A stretch of 64,000 nt of DNA, from NCBI GenBank assembly GCA_024679065.1, contig JAGIQG010000005.1:47926001-47990000 (forward strand). Reading direction: 5' to 3'. Position numbers and translations under genes: made by a program. The notes under the pieces are model-generated. The model saw nothing but the letters and a program-made list of their open reading frames with translations. It was not told where the DNA came from and made no database searches. Shown in pieces: positions 1 to 12,890 of the stretch. Each line of letters starts with the position of its first letter. Position 1 is the stretch's first letter. This DNA is from Sphyrna mokarran. Lineage: Eukaryota.

Positions 1-919
1 TTTAACTTTTGTTTAAAACTGGGTTTCTTTTACAAATAACTTCTAAAAAAAACTTTATTCCATCCAAATCCAAATTCCAATCCAATCAAATTCATAGTTC
101 CCAGAAGGAAGAGAAACAAGATCCAGGCTGAGAAGATGAGACATTGCACTCCATCTTGGCCTTGATCTGATACCAAAAGACCAAGATGGTTTTGAAAAGT
201 TGAGCCAAGTGACATCTCAGTCAAACCTCACTGGCAATCCTGATTATTGACTCTACACTCATCTGGGAGATCCCTTGCATGAAATATGGTTTCACCCCGA
301 CCACGTGACAGCACACCTGGAGTGTAGTGGACTACCTCATCCTAGGCAAACGCGCCTACATGATCATGGCTTCACCCCTTTCAGATATTGCCTGTATGTT
401 TCCTGCTCTTGTGTTAGACATTTCTAATTGCTTTGTTCATTTGTCACAACTGAGTTTCAATGCCATTATAGACAAATCTTAAATTCTCCTTCCTATGTTT
501 TTAATTTAGGCTCAGGGTATTCACAAATCAAATTGATAATGCTTTGTGATTTCAGCCATCCCATCTACCACCAAGTGTTACTAATAACAGCATGCACAAT
601 TACATTTTCAAACAGAGGTAATTTGTTAATGTGCATATAAAACCATATTAACTGGAGAACAACTTTGTCAGAAGTATCTGAGATTTCATAAATTGATCTT
701 AGAAATAAATTCTGTGATAATTTTAATAATAATACTGCATATAAGATGACATAGAGAGTGAAAGTTGACATGTAGAAATAAAGTGATGAGGGATGAAATA
801 ATGTCCTGATTACATTGCTTCAATTAGATACAGAATTAAACAGAGTTAGGCAAGTGTATCCTGGCAAAGAAATGATTAGATAATATAATAAATAGCATGT
901 TTTAACAAGCAAATGAATC

Positions 920-1260
920 ACATAGATTGGTTTGAAATCACAGGGGTCTGATCTATACTTAGTTAGTTGACTTCACCAAGAAGTTGGTAGGGGCAGTACA
1001 ATTGACTTTGGTAACCCTGGGATATAGAGAGGAAAAATAAACCACAGTTCCTGCTTTTGATAACTATCCAATGACCTCTGTTAAGAATGTATGTGTCTAG
1101 TGAAGGCTGAATTGGGCTCAGCTGTGACCTTACTCCATTATTGAAATGCTTGCCTTCCAGCCCTTCTACTTAAGTTCACACATAAAGAATTACCATTTCA
1201 GTATGGTGTCAAAAGGTGCTGACAGTTATGGAAGTGTTGCCAATTTAAACCATGGTTTGA
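920..1260 (+). mobile_element. Ancient decayed SINE-like repeat
   Basis: Resembles from memory a widespread old fish repeat (GTAGGGGCAGTACAATTG...GTTCCTGCT..TGAT..CTATCCAATGACC). Not verified. Confidence 0.35.
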
Positions 1261-3980
1261 AGGAGTCGTGAAGAGAAAAACAGAAAATAAAACTGCAAGA
1301 ATAAAGCTTTGAAAGTTTAATGAATATTAACAAATCTTAGAGATAAGTTATTACTGGAAACATTCTTACATATGTTACTTTACATTAATTACACCCGGTG
1401 TATGAGGAAATACTGTAATTTCTTAATAATATAACAGTTTTTGCGCAGATTGCAGTGATATTGATCCATATGATTTATACAGCCTTACAATGGTGTGGAT
1501 TTTGATTTCATGATTTGAACTTATTTAAAAATAAGATATTTTTGTACATCTAGAATGAATTCAGGATTTTATACACAATATGCCTGAAGTATTTTGAACA
1601 AATTGCTGGTTGCTTAAGTAAACATTCAGACAAATATATCCAAAAATAATCATAGGATCAATTGATGATCAATAAAAATGGTGGGCAGCTACAAGCCTTG
1701 ATAATTGAATAAAATTTGGTTGAAGTATATTGGCAGAATGAGCATTGCCGTATGTCTAATTTTTGATATGCTATACCTAGCAGTGTTACAAGTTTTTTTT
1801 TTAATTTATTTGTGCTAACAGGTGCCCTCCAGTCAATATGGCATGGCCTTGTTCATGTGCCAGTCATAAAGTTAGAACACTTTTCAGGCAACATTTTAGC
1901 AATATCACTGGCACTGAAGAAAGAAGTTTATTTTGATGGAGAAGGCAAGGCTTTATAATGATGAGTTTTAAAAGTGTTTTAAAAGCCAGTTTGGAAATGA
2001 GTTGATTACAACTGCCTCTGTCAAATTACATCACAGATTTATATTATTTGTTAATGATACAATTATGAATAAATACATTCCTGGTTTCTTTATGCATTTC
2101 TTGTTTGTCAAATTCATCAGCTCCCATCCTCATGCCCGAACAACATTGACTCTTTCTTGAGATATTCTTCTGTTTACATCAGTCATCTCCCTGTACCTCT
2201 GTGAAATAGATTGGCTCATCCAAAGGAATGAAATAGAATAATACTGTTGCATATATACAGAATTGAATTAGAAAAATTATGTGCAGCTTGTGAATCTCAC
2301 CTTCGAAAAGATACATTTGTTTTAAAGGGAATCCAAATGCAACTGACAGTGGCATGAAACAGGCAGCAGCAAATAAGACATTAAAAATTGGGCAGACAGC
2401 CAATCTGTTATTATATATCCCTGTAATGAAGGGATTTAGCAATAATAAATGGTTAAACCAGGACATCACATGAAGCTGAGAAATAAGCAGTTTTATTAGG
2501 GTTGCATCTCATGGAAATAAAACAGCATTCACAGTATTTTGCTTTTGTTGTTACAGCCCATATTACTGAGAAGGTTAACGAGAATCTGATGTGGTACATA
2601 ATGAAGATAGTTGACATAGGAAAGCTTTCTTGGACTGGAGAATCTAGAACCATTAAGTTCTTTGGACAATGGAGAAACCAATGGAAAGGAAATTAGTGGG
2701 CCATTTAATTAGTGCTCAATCCACAACTTACAGCCTCATTGCTCGAAGTAAAAATTGTTCTTGTAATCTTGGAGTTGGAAATAAACTAGTCTCTTTTTTT
2801 ACATAAATTGTTATAAAACAGGAAGTGAGTATATCCATTAAACCATTGAAGCAGAATTAATGTTAGCATTCAAAATGCAGATAGCTACTTGCTATAGCAA
2901 TACAAGCCATAAGGGATAACTATTCATTTTCCTGTATTCAACTGTTGGCCTAGACAATGAATGAAAGCCAGGTAATCAACTAATCAGCATTATAAGGGTG
3001 TACTTTCCACTTAGAAAGGCCTTTGGGATGCTGACCAGTAAAACCTACCAGCCAACCACCTAATAATCACTGCACAAGCACATTTTAAGCTCAAGACGTA
3101 TTAGTATCAAGCCAGCAGATTGCCACTAGAAATTGATCATCCTAGGGGCAGCCCGAGAGCTCCAAGCTACTCCAATGTCAGATGGCCCTGTCTTCCTGGC
3201 CCAAATATAGATTCCTTGATCGGGTATGTAGAGTGACAACAGCTAGGCTGGTGTTATAAGTCTTAAGGGTTACTTTTGCAGCCGCTGGCCACACAGAAAT
3301 TAAGTATGAGTTTCCTTCCTAAACCTCATCAATCCAGCTGCAAGATACTGGCTGGCACAATTATTTTTTGATCAAGAAAATAGTCTTTGACTTTAAATTC
3401 TCTCTTGGAGATCAAAACTGAAACAAATCCATTAGTCTTTATTTCCTCCTTCTACCTTCCAACTTTTCTGGCAACATTTGGTGTTGTCTCAGTACTACTT
3501 CCACATTCACGTCACATCTTTCATTGTTTTCACTTTTAGTGTTGTCCAAGCCATATGCCATGGCCTTCAACTTGGTTTCTCAAATAAATAAAACATATAA
3601 ATGGTTTTCAATGTTTAGGATTAGAGAACGTGAACTGATAAAGTCCACCTTCATTTTCTGAAAATCTGAAAAGACACATGTATGAAATTTGAAATTCTTT
3701 CAGTAATAGCACGAAACAGACAGTTGAAGAACAGCCACCAAAAAATAGAAAGTTGACTGATCTCAAGCACTCATTTTGCCCCATTACCAACATTTAGTTC
3801 CACCTCCAAAAATGTGGCTCATTGAGAACATTAGATTATCACATTTTTCCGATGTTTAATTTGTGAAACAATATTTGATGCTGCCTTGATTCTTATGCTG
3901 ATTCTGCTGCAGAACCGTAAAAATGTTCAGAATTAGTAATATATCAATGCTAAGTTTTCCTTTCCGCTGCCTGGATTCAT

Positions 3981-4257
3981 ACTGCTGCCTCAAAACACCA
4001 AGGACCCAGGTTCAATTCTGACCTCAGGTGTGGAGTTTATACATTCTTCCCATGTCTGCGTGGGTTTCCACTGGGTACTCCAGTTTCCTCCCACAGTCAA
4101 AAGATGTGCAGGTTAAGTTGATTGGCCCTGCTAAATTGCCTCTTAGTGTCAGGGGGACTAACAGGGTAGGTATATGGGGTTACAGGGATAGGGCCTGTGT
4201 AGAAATGTTGCAGACTTGATGGGCTGAATGGCCTCCTTTCTGCATTGTAGGGATTCA
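3981..4257 (+). mobile_element. HE1-like V-SINE
   Basis: B-box-like GGTTCAATTC, V-domain GGAGTTT...GTTTCCTCCCACAGTCAAAAGATGTGC and CR1-like tail GATGGGCTGAATGGCCTCC. Confidence 0.85.
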
Positions 4258-5876
4258 AAAACTTCTATAAGAATTAGTATGTCCACTTTTAGCATAGTTT
4301 TTGTGAATCAAGAATCTACTAAGCATTGTGCAAAACCTGATGACTATTTCCTAGTTTAATTCAAAGAGGCCAAAAAATAAGTGGTAGGGAAATGAAAAAA
4401 TAGCAATAATGCAATTTGGTACAGTGGGGGCAAGTTGGAACAAGTAGCATAGTTCTTTCGAAATTGGGTGAAATACAAAGAGACAGGCTCAAACCAGTTT
4501 TCTAAGATAAGTTATTCATAAGATTCTAAGTTTATTGTGTCTTATGCCGATAATGATGGCGAAAGGTAAACTTCCAGAACTGATATCCATTATCACCACA
4601 AATTAAAAATTTGCAAATGGGACGACATGAACTTGAAAAAGAACAGTTTTAAGGGTGAATGAAATGGAGTTGCATCTTTTAAAGGGGTTTATTCAAAATG
4701 GTCACTTCTTTATTCTTAATATACATAATATATAAATATGTAGATAATACATAGTCAAAATTCATAAGTTGGCTTTAAGAAATGTATACCATTAACAGGT
4801 AATTTTGAGAATGTATGTATTATACACAAATACCACAATATTTGCCCTTTAAATGCAGTCTGTTTTATCTCCACAGCTGAGGGAAATCCAAGGTAATCTC
4901 AGAAATATTCCGGAAATGATACTGAAATTACGTTTTAAATAAAGTGAGAGCAAGTTCAGTAATTGTGTATAAAACTGTTGTCATTTCAGTTATAAACTTG
5001 ATTACTATAGTCAAGAAATATAAAACGGATAGAGTGTTCGGAATGACAGGTTTCTCAAGCAGGTACAACTGATAAAACGAAAGGTCAGGGCTGACGAGAC
5101 CCCGCAATTGAGTTAAATAGGAAAGCCGTGTATTCAATTCTTGTTTCTTGAAGAAACAAAATGTGCATAACGAAAAATAAGTTGGGTGAAAACCAGAAAA
5201 GATTTCGAGGCCATTTGTCTTTCGGCTTTTACGGGTATTTTCCCTCCGTGATTGTCAAGAACAGATAGTGAAGTCATTCAGCCATGTTTTCTGGACATGG
5301 GCTCCCAGCAGAAAGGCTGCCGAACGAGGTCACATATTGCAGCCTGGTATTTAATGAGGTGGGGGGAAGTGGGTGGGGGGGTGGCGGAGAAAGAATTAAG
5401 GATCATGTGTGCATATTACTGCTTTTATTGTAATTTATATAAATGCAACATGTTTGTTTGCTATGACCAATGGCATCAAGACATACAAAATAACTGAATG
5501 GATACTTTTGTAAGTTCCTGACGTTGTTTTTCTTTAGAAAATAGCTGCCAAATGAATACAAAATAAAGCATTTGACAATTAAAATGTTATTCACACGACA
5601 TTATGTGGAGAACCCTGCGAGGGTACATCTCCTAATTTCCATCGACGCCGTGGACAACTCTGCTATTCGCCTTGGCTGGGGCAAAATCTATCCCTCAACG
5701 TCCAGCTATGGATGGTACCGTCTGTCCACTGTCCCGAAACGTAAGGTTTAAATGACACAATTTATAATTTGAATAAATATCTCGACATTAAAAACATCGT
5801 GAAATTCAGCAGGTTTTCTGACCGAATATAATTTTAAAAATCTCAGGAACAAATACACGCTGATATTATAGTGCAG

Positions 5877-5943
5877 TTTATTGCTTTACTGAAAGATGAA
5901 AGAGAGAAAAAAAAACCATTTCATTTCGGAAGCAAGGTTTATT
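5877..5943 (-). terminator. Candidate tandem polyadenylation signals
   Basis: AATAAA on the minus strand at 5938-5943, followed by a U-rich downstream element (GGTTTTTTTTTCTCTCTTTC), and again at 5877-5882. Confidence 0.5.
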
Positions 5944-8900
5944 ATGTGTTCGTTTGTTTCTTGAAGACAGATTGGTTTTCATTCAACCAGTAGGTGGACA
6001 GACCTAGCAACATAATCTGTCTGAGAAGTGAAGCAGCATCACATTTAAACTGAATAAAATACAACAAAATCACAAGGTACTCAACGCTTTTTTTCTTAAA
6101 ATGAGACCACAACTGGACAATAAACAAGTTCTACCCATCACCTTTACAATGTGTCTAGTGAACAGAAATCAGATAGTGGACTATCTAGCGTCAAGCATTT
6201 TCAACCCACTCACAGAGGTATGGAATCATAGATAAATACCCCGCTACTGGCTCACCATATTTACAATCCCATTAAATTAACATTAAATAAATATATACAA
6301 ACATGACAATGACAACCCGCCCTCCCCCTCCAAGCTGATTCCCAATGGCGATTCGGCAGAACTGATGTTCCAAGTTGTATAACTATCTGGATTTTTTTTA
6401 AAAAAAAGATAATCAGGTTGCCTAAACACCAGAGTCAAAACATTTTTTCCCCCAGCATGTGACAAGGATGGGAACGGTCCAAACTATGTTATCTGCTCAT
6501 AACGTGTTTTTGGCACATTGTAATAATGAGTTCAAAGCACATTTTGACAACGTAGCATCCAGTCTAAATGTATAAGCAACTTGTAAAGAATTGAAGGTGA
6601 TTAAAGTGTCATATTCTTTCATGGCGTGGGAGAAGGGGACCCCTGGCAGGATTGTTGAAGGCTATGATCTTTTGTTGAATTTACAACTGTTTCACACTAC
6701 GGCTGCGAATTAGAAACTTGCCACATTCAATGTTAAAGGATGCCACTCAGGTAAAAGGTTCATTTGGAAGGTATGGTAAACAGAAATGTTCATTCAAACT
6801 GACTTCGCGTACTGAGTGTACTTGTGTTGTAACATTTACACTTGATTTATAATAATATTGATTACAAATGGTTGCTGGACATACTTCAGCTGGTACTGAA
6901 TATTATTGAAATCAGGATACAATCTGTTTCATATTGTCAGGGAGTTTCTCGAGGATTGATGATGACAACATTAGGAATGGACGAGATGACACATTCCTTC
7001 CTGTGTCAGTAAATCATTTGTTAAATAAAAATTACGCTCTTCAATCGATTACTTTTAATGTTTGCGCTGAGCAGTGATAATTGTAAAGGTTTCTGTCAAT
7101 CGGTAGTTTAGCAAAGTCACATGCCAAACGATGCTATAAGCGCGCAGGATCTGTTAACTGCATTTATTTGTGGGGTGCCTGACCAGGTCAAGGGGTTTTA
7201 AACTGAGTTACAACATCATTGTGATCTAACTTTTAATCGAATTTTTGACCAATTTGCGATATTTATTGTCAATTTCTAATTACTTCCCGTTGCACATTGG
7301 ACACTATGTTTTATCAACTTTTAAGGTCAGAGTGAGGGGATGGGGGGAAGGGAATTAACAGTGCAATTAGGTTTTCATCAGTTTATCAAATAAAACGGCA
7401 CGGTTACGATGGACCGAATGGCCCCTCTCTGCTTTGTAAACTTGTATGGCTGCATATTAAGAGATGAGAGCACAATTGGCATCAGACAACTGAAGGTAAG
7501 CTGAACATTTCATGTGCCGGGCATTTAAAACCTCTGTTACTAATCTTGCATGTATCTCAGTTGGCTTTAACTATGAGGTTAATCAGATCTGCGTGTGTCT
7601 TTTGAACTGCAGTGACCCCGGAATTCCAGGAATCCACGGTCACCAAATCTGATCCTCACCTGTTCAGACCCTAGAGGGGAAAGGAGAGGACAAAGTAGCC
7701 GAGATGGGAGTGGGAGAGGGGGGTGGGAGTATGTATGGTGGAAACAACAGAATGAAAGCCTGCCTTTGCCCTGCTTATCCGAGTGCTGCAGATGATATTC
7801 ACTTTATACAGTGGCGTTTTGGCAAGAATGGAAGCGGATTATATTTATGTATAAAGTGGCCCTAGAATTATTGCATCAATACTGGTCAAACACTGGGGTT
7901 TACCCGTCGAAATACCAACTTTGTATCTGATTCAGGACAAAACGGAGTTATCATCAAAAGTGAATTGACCTCCGATCGGGTTACATGAACGTCCTCAATA
8001 CAGAAGGTGGGGTTGTTTTGTTTTAACCTGGGGGTAAACTTTAATGCATCAGTTTATTCTCACAACTTGAATTTGGCCGCCATTTACCACTGCCATTCAT
8101 TTTTTTGTAGATGACAGAAGCGGCCCTGAGTCAGTGGAAAGAAAATAGGCAGCAAACAATATACTTCATAAATTGATCCTGTTTGCTTATTGCATTCTAC
8201 TTACAACAGAATTCTAAAGAACAATCCGCACAATGGCAGTGACCATTGCCCATATATCTGTTTCCCTTGCAGATTCTCGGGGACCTTACTGTCAGTGACG
8301 GTTTTAACTCGGAATATCAATGTATTTTGTCAAATAAAAAAAGATTCAAAATGAACAAGAATAAGTGCCGAAGTAACAAACCAGTCAAACGTTCCTTTCA
8401 CGCCTGAATACTTTCAGGATCCAACTTTCCTGCCATGTATCTGATGAGTCTGGCCAGTATTTTTTGATGCCGGGATGGCTTCGGGGGATAACACTCCACT
8501 ATAACCCACCTGTGGACTCATCGAGAAACACAGACGGCTTGTGGCAACTCTTACACTGAAATGCATAGCCTGGGGGCAAAGAAGTGGGAATCAAGGAAAA
8601 CACGTGAAAAGGAAAACTTTTTCTCAAAAGAGCTTTGCGTTTTCTACAACGTCACAGTGTTTTATCTTTCTATATCAAAAAATGATTCATTTAGTAGGGT
8701 AACATAAATATGCTCATAAGTATTAAGAAATGTTGTTGGATGGCCGGCTATTTGAATACAAGACTGTAAAGTGACTGTACATTCTAGCAAGAAAGACGCA
8801 AGATGTGAAGAAGAACAATAGGAACAATGACTGTATACTGAAAATATTACGAGGTGTTTTAATAGTTATGACTACCATATGGCTGTCCGACAGATTAATA

Positions 8901-10992
8901 GGGTCCAAATTGTTGAATGTTACAATAATGCCTTCCTTCTAAATCGATAATTAGTGTAACTGGATATGCTCAAAACCGTGTCCAGATGCAGATAACTGCA
9001 TCCCTCTCATTCTTCGAACCGCAAAGTGGGATTAATGAGGAACAATCGGGCTCCATTGATTTGCCTATCGTGATTTACTAACTGTTCAGGTGTGGAATTT
9101 GGTGCGTGTCGCCCCACCCCTCACAATATTGCTATTAAACTTGTTTCAAACTCTTACGCAGGCGAGATGTGAGTACAGCGCTGTTCCATTGACCGAAACA
9201 CTGTAGATAGGAAGCAATTCGAAATGTTTATACATTCATAACTGATTAACGTTTCCTGGGCCGTGAGGACAGAATTTGTTATCCTTTCCAGGAAATACAG
9301 AAAACAAACACAGTTAAGAAACAAGAACGTTGTTATTGTTAGAAGAACGCCACTCCTTTAGTCCCAGAGAGCCCCAGGACTTCCAGGCAACCCAGCTCCA
9401 AGAATCTGCATGCTAATTTAAATCCATGGTTTACCTACCAGCCCGTGTCTGCTGACTTGCATTAACCAAGCTCTCTTTTAAACGTAGCCCTCGTCCTTTT
9501 TCTCGAGTGTATGCTGTCAGTTTAATAAAGTATTGAGCAGGATGTTAACTTACTTATGTATGAGTACAACTGACTAACAACGATTAATGTAGTCTTGAAA
9601 ATATACATGTATAATTTGGAAATAAAAAGATAACCTTGACAAGTGCCTATGGTGCAATTCGGAAAAGAGGTTCTTTTCGAACCAGCAAATATTTTAATAA
9701 CTGAGAATTTTCTTCCTGAATGATTATACTAGGCTGTTCCGATATTGTAATAGTCCATATGTTTGCTGCTAAAATCTCCCATCGACAATTCCGGCCATCA
9801 GTTCACTAGGTGTAAGGATTTTTGTAAGGACAGTGCCTTCAGTGTGTTCATTGGCCACCTCTGTCCAAATTCATATTGAGCAAACGTCACATAAGCTGAG
9901 ATCAAAAGTGCTTTGGGTGGAGATGTTGCTTTTTCGTCCTCTCTGCTGAGGGAGGTTGCACGATAAGTTAGGCGTCCTTGAAGGGACAGTGGAAAGGTCT
10001 TTTTTAAAAGCAGCAAAAACAAGATCGATCAAAATGCTAATGGATTTTAAGGGGAGTAACCTCTCATACTGAACATTTAACTAGCTGCTGCCAAACGCAG
10101 AACAATTATTGAAAGGAAGACGGGTTAATTTTAATGATGTGTCGGAATATACCAAGAATTAAAGAGAGTGCGTCATTTGGTGGGGGTGGGGTGGGGTGTG
10201 GGGTAGAGGTGGACCACTGCCCATTTCTATTATGCGATGATCCCTTCTCATTAATCTCTGTTGGATTTCAGTCTGTCTCTTTAAAGTGAACTCACTGTCT
10301 GGCTGTACTCGTTCTTTCGCAGTTTTTTTGCAATGCTGTGTTCACCTTGAACTTGATCTGACAACTGCAATCGAGGGTGAATAATTATCTCCTTAGAGCT
10401 CCATCCCTCGTTTAGATTGATGTAGAGCGGAAGGTGATGGTCAGCCATGCCACTAACTGTAGGGTGATGTCTGGAGTTAGAATGAGCAGGTACATGTCAT
10501 TACTGTCACCATATGTTAAATTTTGTGTGCAAACCATTAGATCATTGAGAGTACAGGCTCTGTATTAAAGCTAATGCATCCAAACAGGGAAATAAAAACT
10601 ATTAAGTGTTTATGTTACCTGATAGTCATTTTCTTTTTGCTGAAATGTTTCCATCCTCATAACATGCAGAACTGTGCACAGAAATCGGACCTGAAATGAA
10701 CGTGGGACCAAAGGATTTTGATAATAATATTTAAAAAATCAATCAATTTGCAGTCGCACAAAGGGATCTTGGAATCACCTGCCATTCTGACATAAAATGG
10801 AAGTCAAAATGTTTGCAAAATTGGAAAAATACCAAGAAAAAATGTCTTGATGCCTTGCATCCAGGTCCATTGTGGTTGCAAACAGTTGACCCAGTGTTGC
10901 TCCGTTATGTGTGCGTTGTTGTCCTTTCCAAGTCAATAGAAGATTTTTTTTATATAAAGCTACAGAAAATAAAAAGTTTGGAGGACTGTTTC
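5920..10992 (-). other. TFAP2B: Probable long 3'UTR of TFAP2B
   Basis: Nearly repeat-free stretch after the stop codon, ending at minus-strand AATAAA signals. The end point is inferred without transcript data. Confidence 0.5.
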
Positions 10993-11290
10993 TCATTTCC
11001 TGTTCTTTTCCTCCTTGTCTCCAGTTTTGCTGCCTGCCTCCCCACCAGATGTGTGTCTATTTGGGTTGTTGTTTAGGAACATCTTGTCCAGTCCCTTTAA
11101 TGCTTCCGTCAGGTAGTTCTGGACAGCTGTGAGAGCAGCACAAATGGCAGGAGAGCCAAAACCATGCGTAATGAGGCTAAAGTGAGTCAAACAGCTCTGG
11201 ATGCCTGGGTCTAGGATGGGGTTGGGCCTGGTGTTCCCCAATGGAGATCGATCCTGTGCCAGCAGATCTGTAAATTCTTTGCAAAGTTGC
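10993..11290 (-). CDS. TFAP2B: TFAP2B exon 7 coding part ([16 protein letters not shown]...[12 protein letters not shown])
   Basis: ORF 10993..11340. Acceptor CCCCCAG, TGA at 10993-10995. The C-terminus RHTSG...KTGDKEEK is beta-type. Confidence 0.97.
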
Positions 11291-11368
11291 CTGGGGGTTA
11301 AGAAAACAAGACAAAAGAATGCTGCCGTCAGATAACACAAATCAGATGTATGCTATGCACATTATCCG

Positions 11369-11382
11369 GTTGCTATGGAAAT
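11369..11382. promoter_or_regulatory. Candidate RFX X-box
   Basis: GTTGCTATGGAAAT compared with consensus GTTGCYATGGMAAC. Confidence 0.4.
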
Positions 11383-12118
11383 TGGTTTAACCCCCCCTCC
11401 CCTGCCCCCACCTCCGCCCCCCGCCCCACCTCCCCTCCTCAACCCGCACATCGTGATTAACGAAAAGCTGCCTGTATGGCAATGAGTTCCAAAGTATACG
11501 AATGTCTACAATAGTCTTCTCTACAACTACAATTGTCAAAGAAGTCAGGATGTTTTTAATGGAATCTCATGTGTTCTCAATTCCCGTAATGACCCACGGA
11601 TGTGAATCTTTCTTTAATTTAGTAAGGAATGAACGTAGTGGTGCAAACTAAATATAGATTAATCTTATTGTGAAATAATTCTGTTGAAAACAGCGTAGGT
11701 TCATACGGGTGGAAGAGTTAAGGTTAGGTAGGGTTACACGTCTACTGGCGGGGGGGTCATTTTTCAACCAATAACACATGAGCGATTGCAGCATAATTTG
11801 GCCATTGGAAGCAAATATCTTGCTCCTTAAGAAGTGCGCGAAATCAGAAATGATTACAAATGAACACACCGGCGAACACATGGAAAACTAATTCAAACAG
11901 GGCATTTTGGAATCGAATCAGAGAGGGCATGAAATCTTCAGGGGAGTTAATATTTAAAGAGTTAAATTGCAGATTTACACTTGTGGATTCCAGTGAAAGT
12001 CAAACAGTTTTCAGAGCTTTCCGTTCGCTGTTCGTAAAGGCACTGTATGATATAAACTTCGTTCTATCTAGTTTCTAGTAAATTAAGTTTTTTTTAAGAA
12101 CATTGTTGAACATTGACA

Positions 12119-12245
12119 GGGCGGAATTTTACTAGCACGTCCGCCCAGGTTTCGCACGATCCCGCCCGAGACCGACAGAGAATGCCAGTCAGCGAGCCGA
12201 GCCCGCCCCGGGAATAGTGGCTGGCATGTTGGTAAAATTCCGGCC
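12119..12245. mobile_element. MITE / non-autonomous DNA transposon
   Basis: Terminal inverted repeats GGGCGGAATTTTAC ... GTAAAATTCCGGCC around a GC-rich interior. Confidence 0.8.
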
Positions 12246-12316
12246 TGAGTGACTAGAGAGACACATTAGATGAGCATGCTGTTACTTTAAATCCAGGTAG
12301 ACAGGGAAATCGAGGT

Positions 12317-12890
12317 CATAGAGTTTCACAGCATGGAAATAGGCCCTTCGGCCCAAGTAGTCCGTGCCGCCCTCTTTTTAACCACTAAGCTAGTTCCAAT
12401 TGACCGCATTTGGCCCACATCCCTCTATGATCATCTTACCATGTAACTGTCAAAAATAATTTTTAAAATACAGAATTGTACCCGTTTCTACTACTGCCTC
12501 TGGTAACTTCTTCCAGTCACTCTGAATGAAAAAAAAAGTCCCTCTGGACACTTTTGTACCTCTCCTCCCCTCACCTTAAACCTATGACCTCTAGTTTTAG
12601 ACTCTCCTACCTTTGGAAAAAGATGTTGACTATCTTCTACCTCATTTATACCCCTCATTATTTATAGACTTCTATAAGATCACCCGTAAGCCTCTTACAC
12701 GCCAGGGAAAAAGTCCCTCTCTACCTAATCTCTCCTTATATCTGAAACCATCCAGTCCCGGTAGCATCCTAGTAAATCATTATGATATAATTATATTTCT
12801 ATAAGTTGACCAAAACTGAACGCAGTATTCCCAGTGTGGCCTTAGTAATGTCTTGTACAACTTGAACAAGACGTCCCAACTCCTGTATTT
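12317..12890 (-). mobile_element. CR1 LINE 3' fragment
   Basis: Tail CATAGAGTTTCACAGCATGGAAATAGGCCCTTCGGCCC. Colinear with 61520-62270. Confidence 0.85.

Noticed and set aside
8441-8530. Hammerhead-like CTGATGAGTC...GAC...GAAAC
   Set aside because: GATGAGTC pairs with GACTCATC, which would sequester the core, and GAAA does not directly follow stem II. It is only a short inverted repeat.
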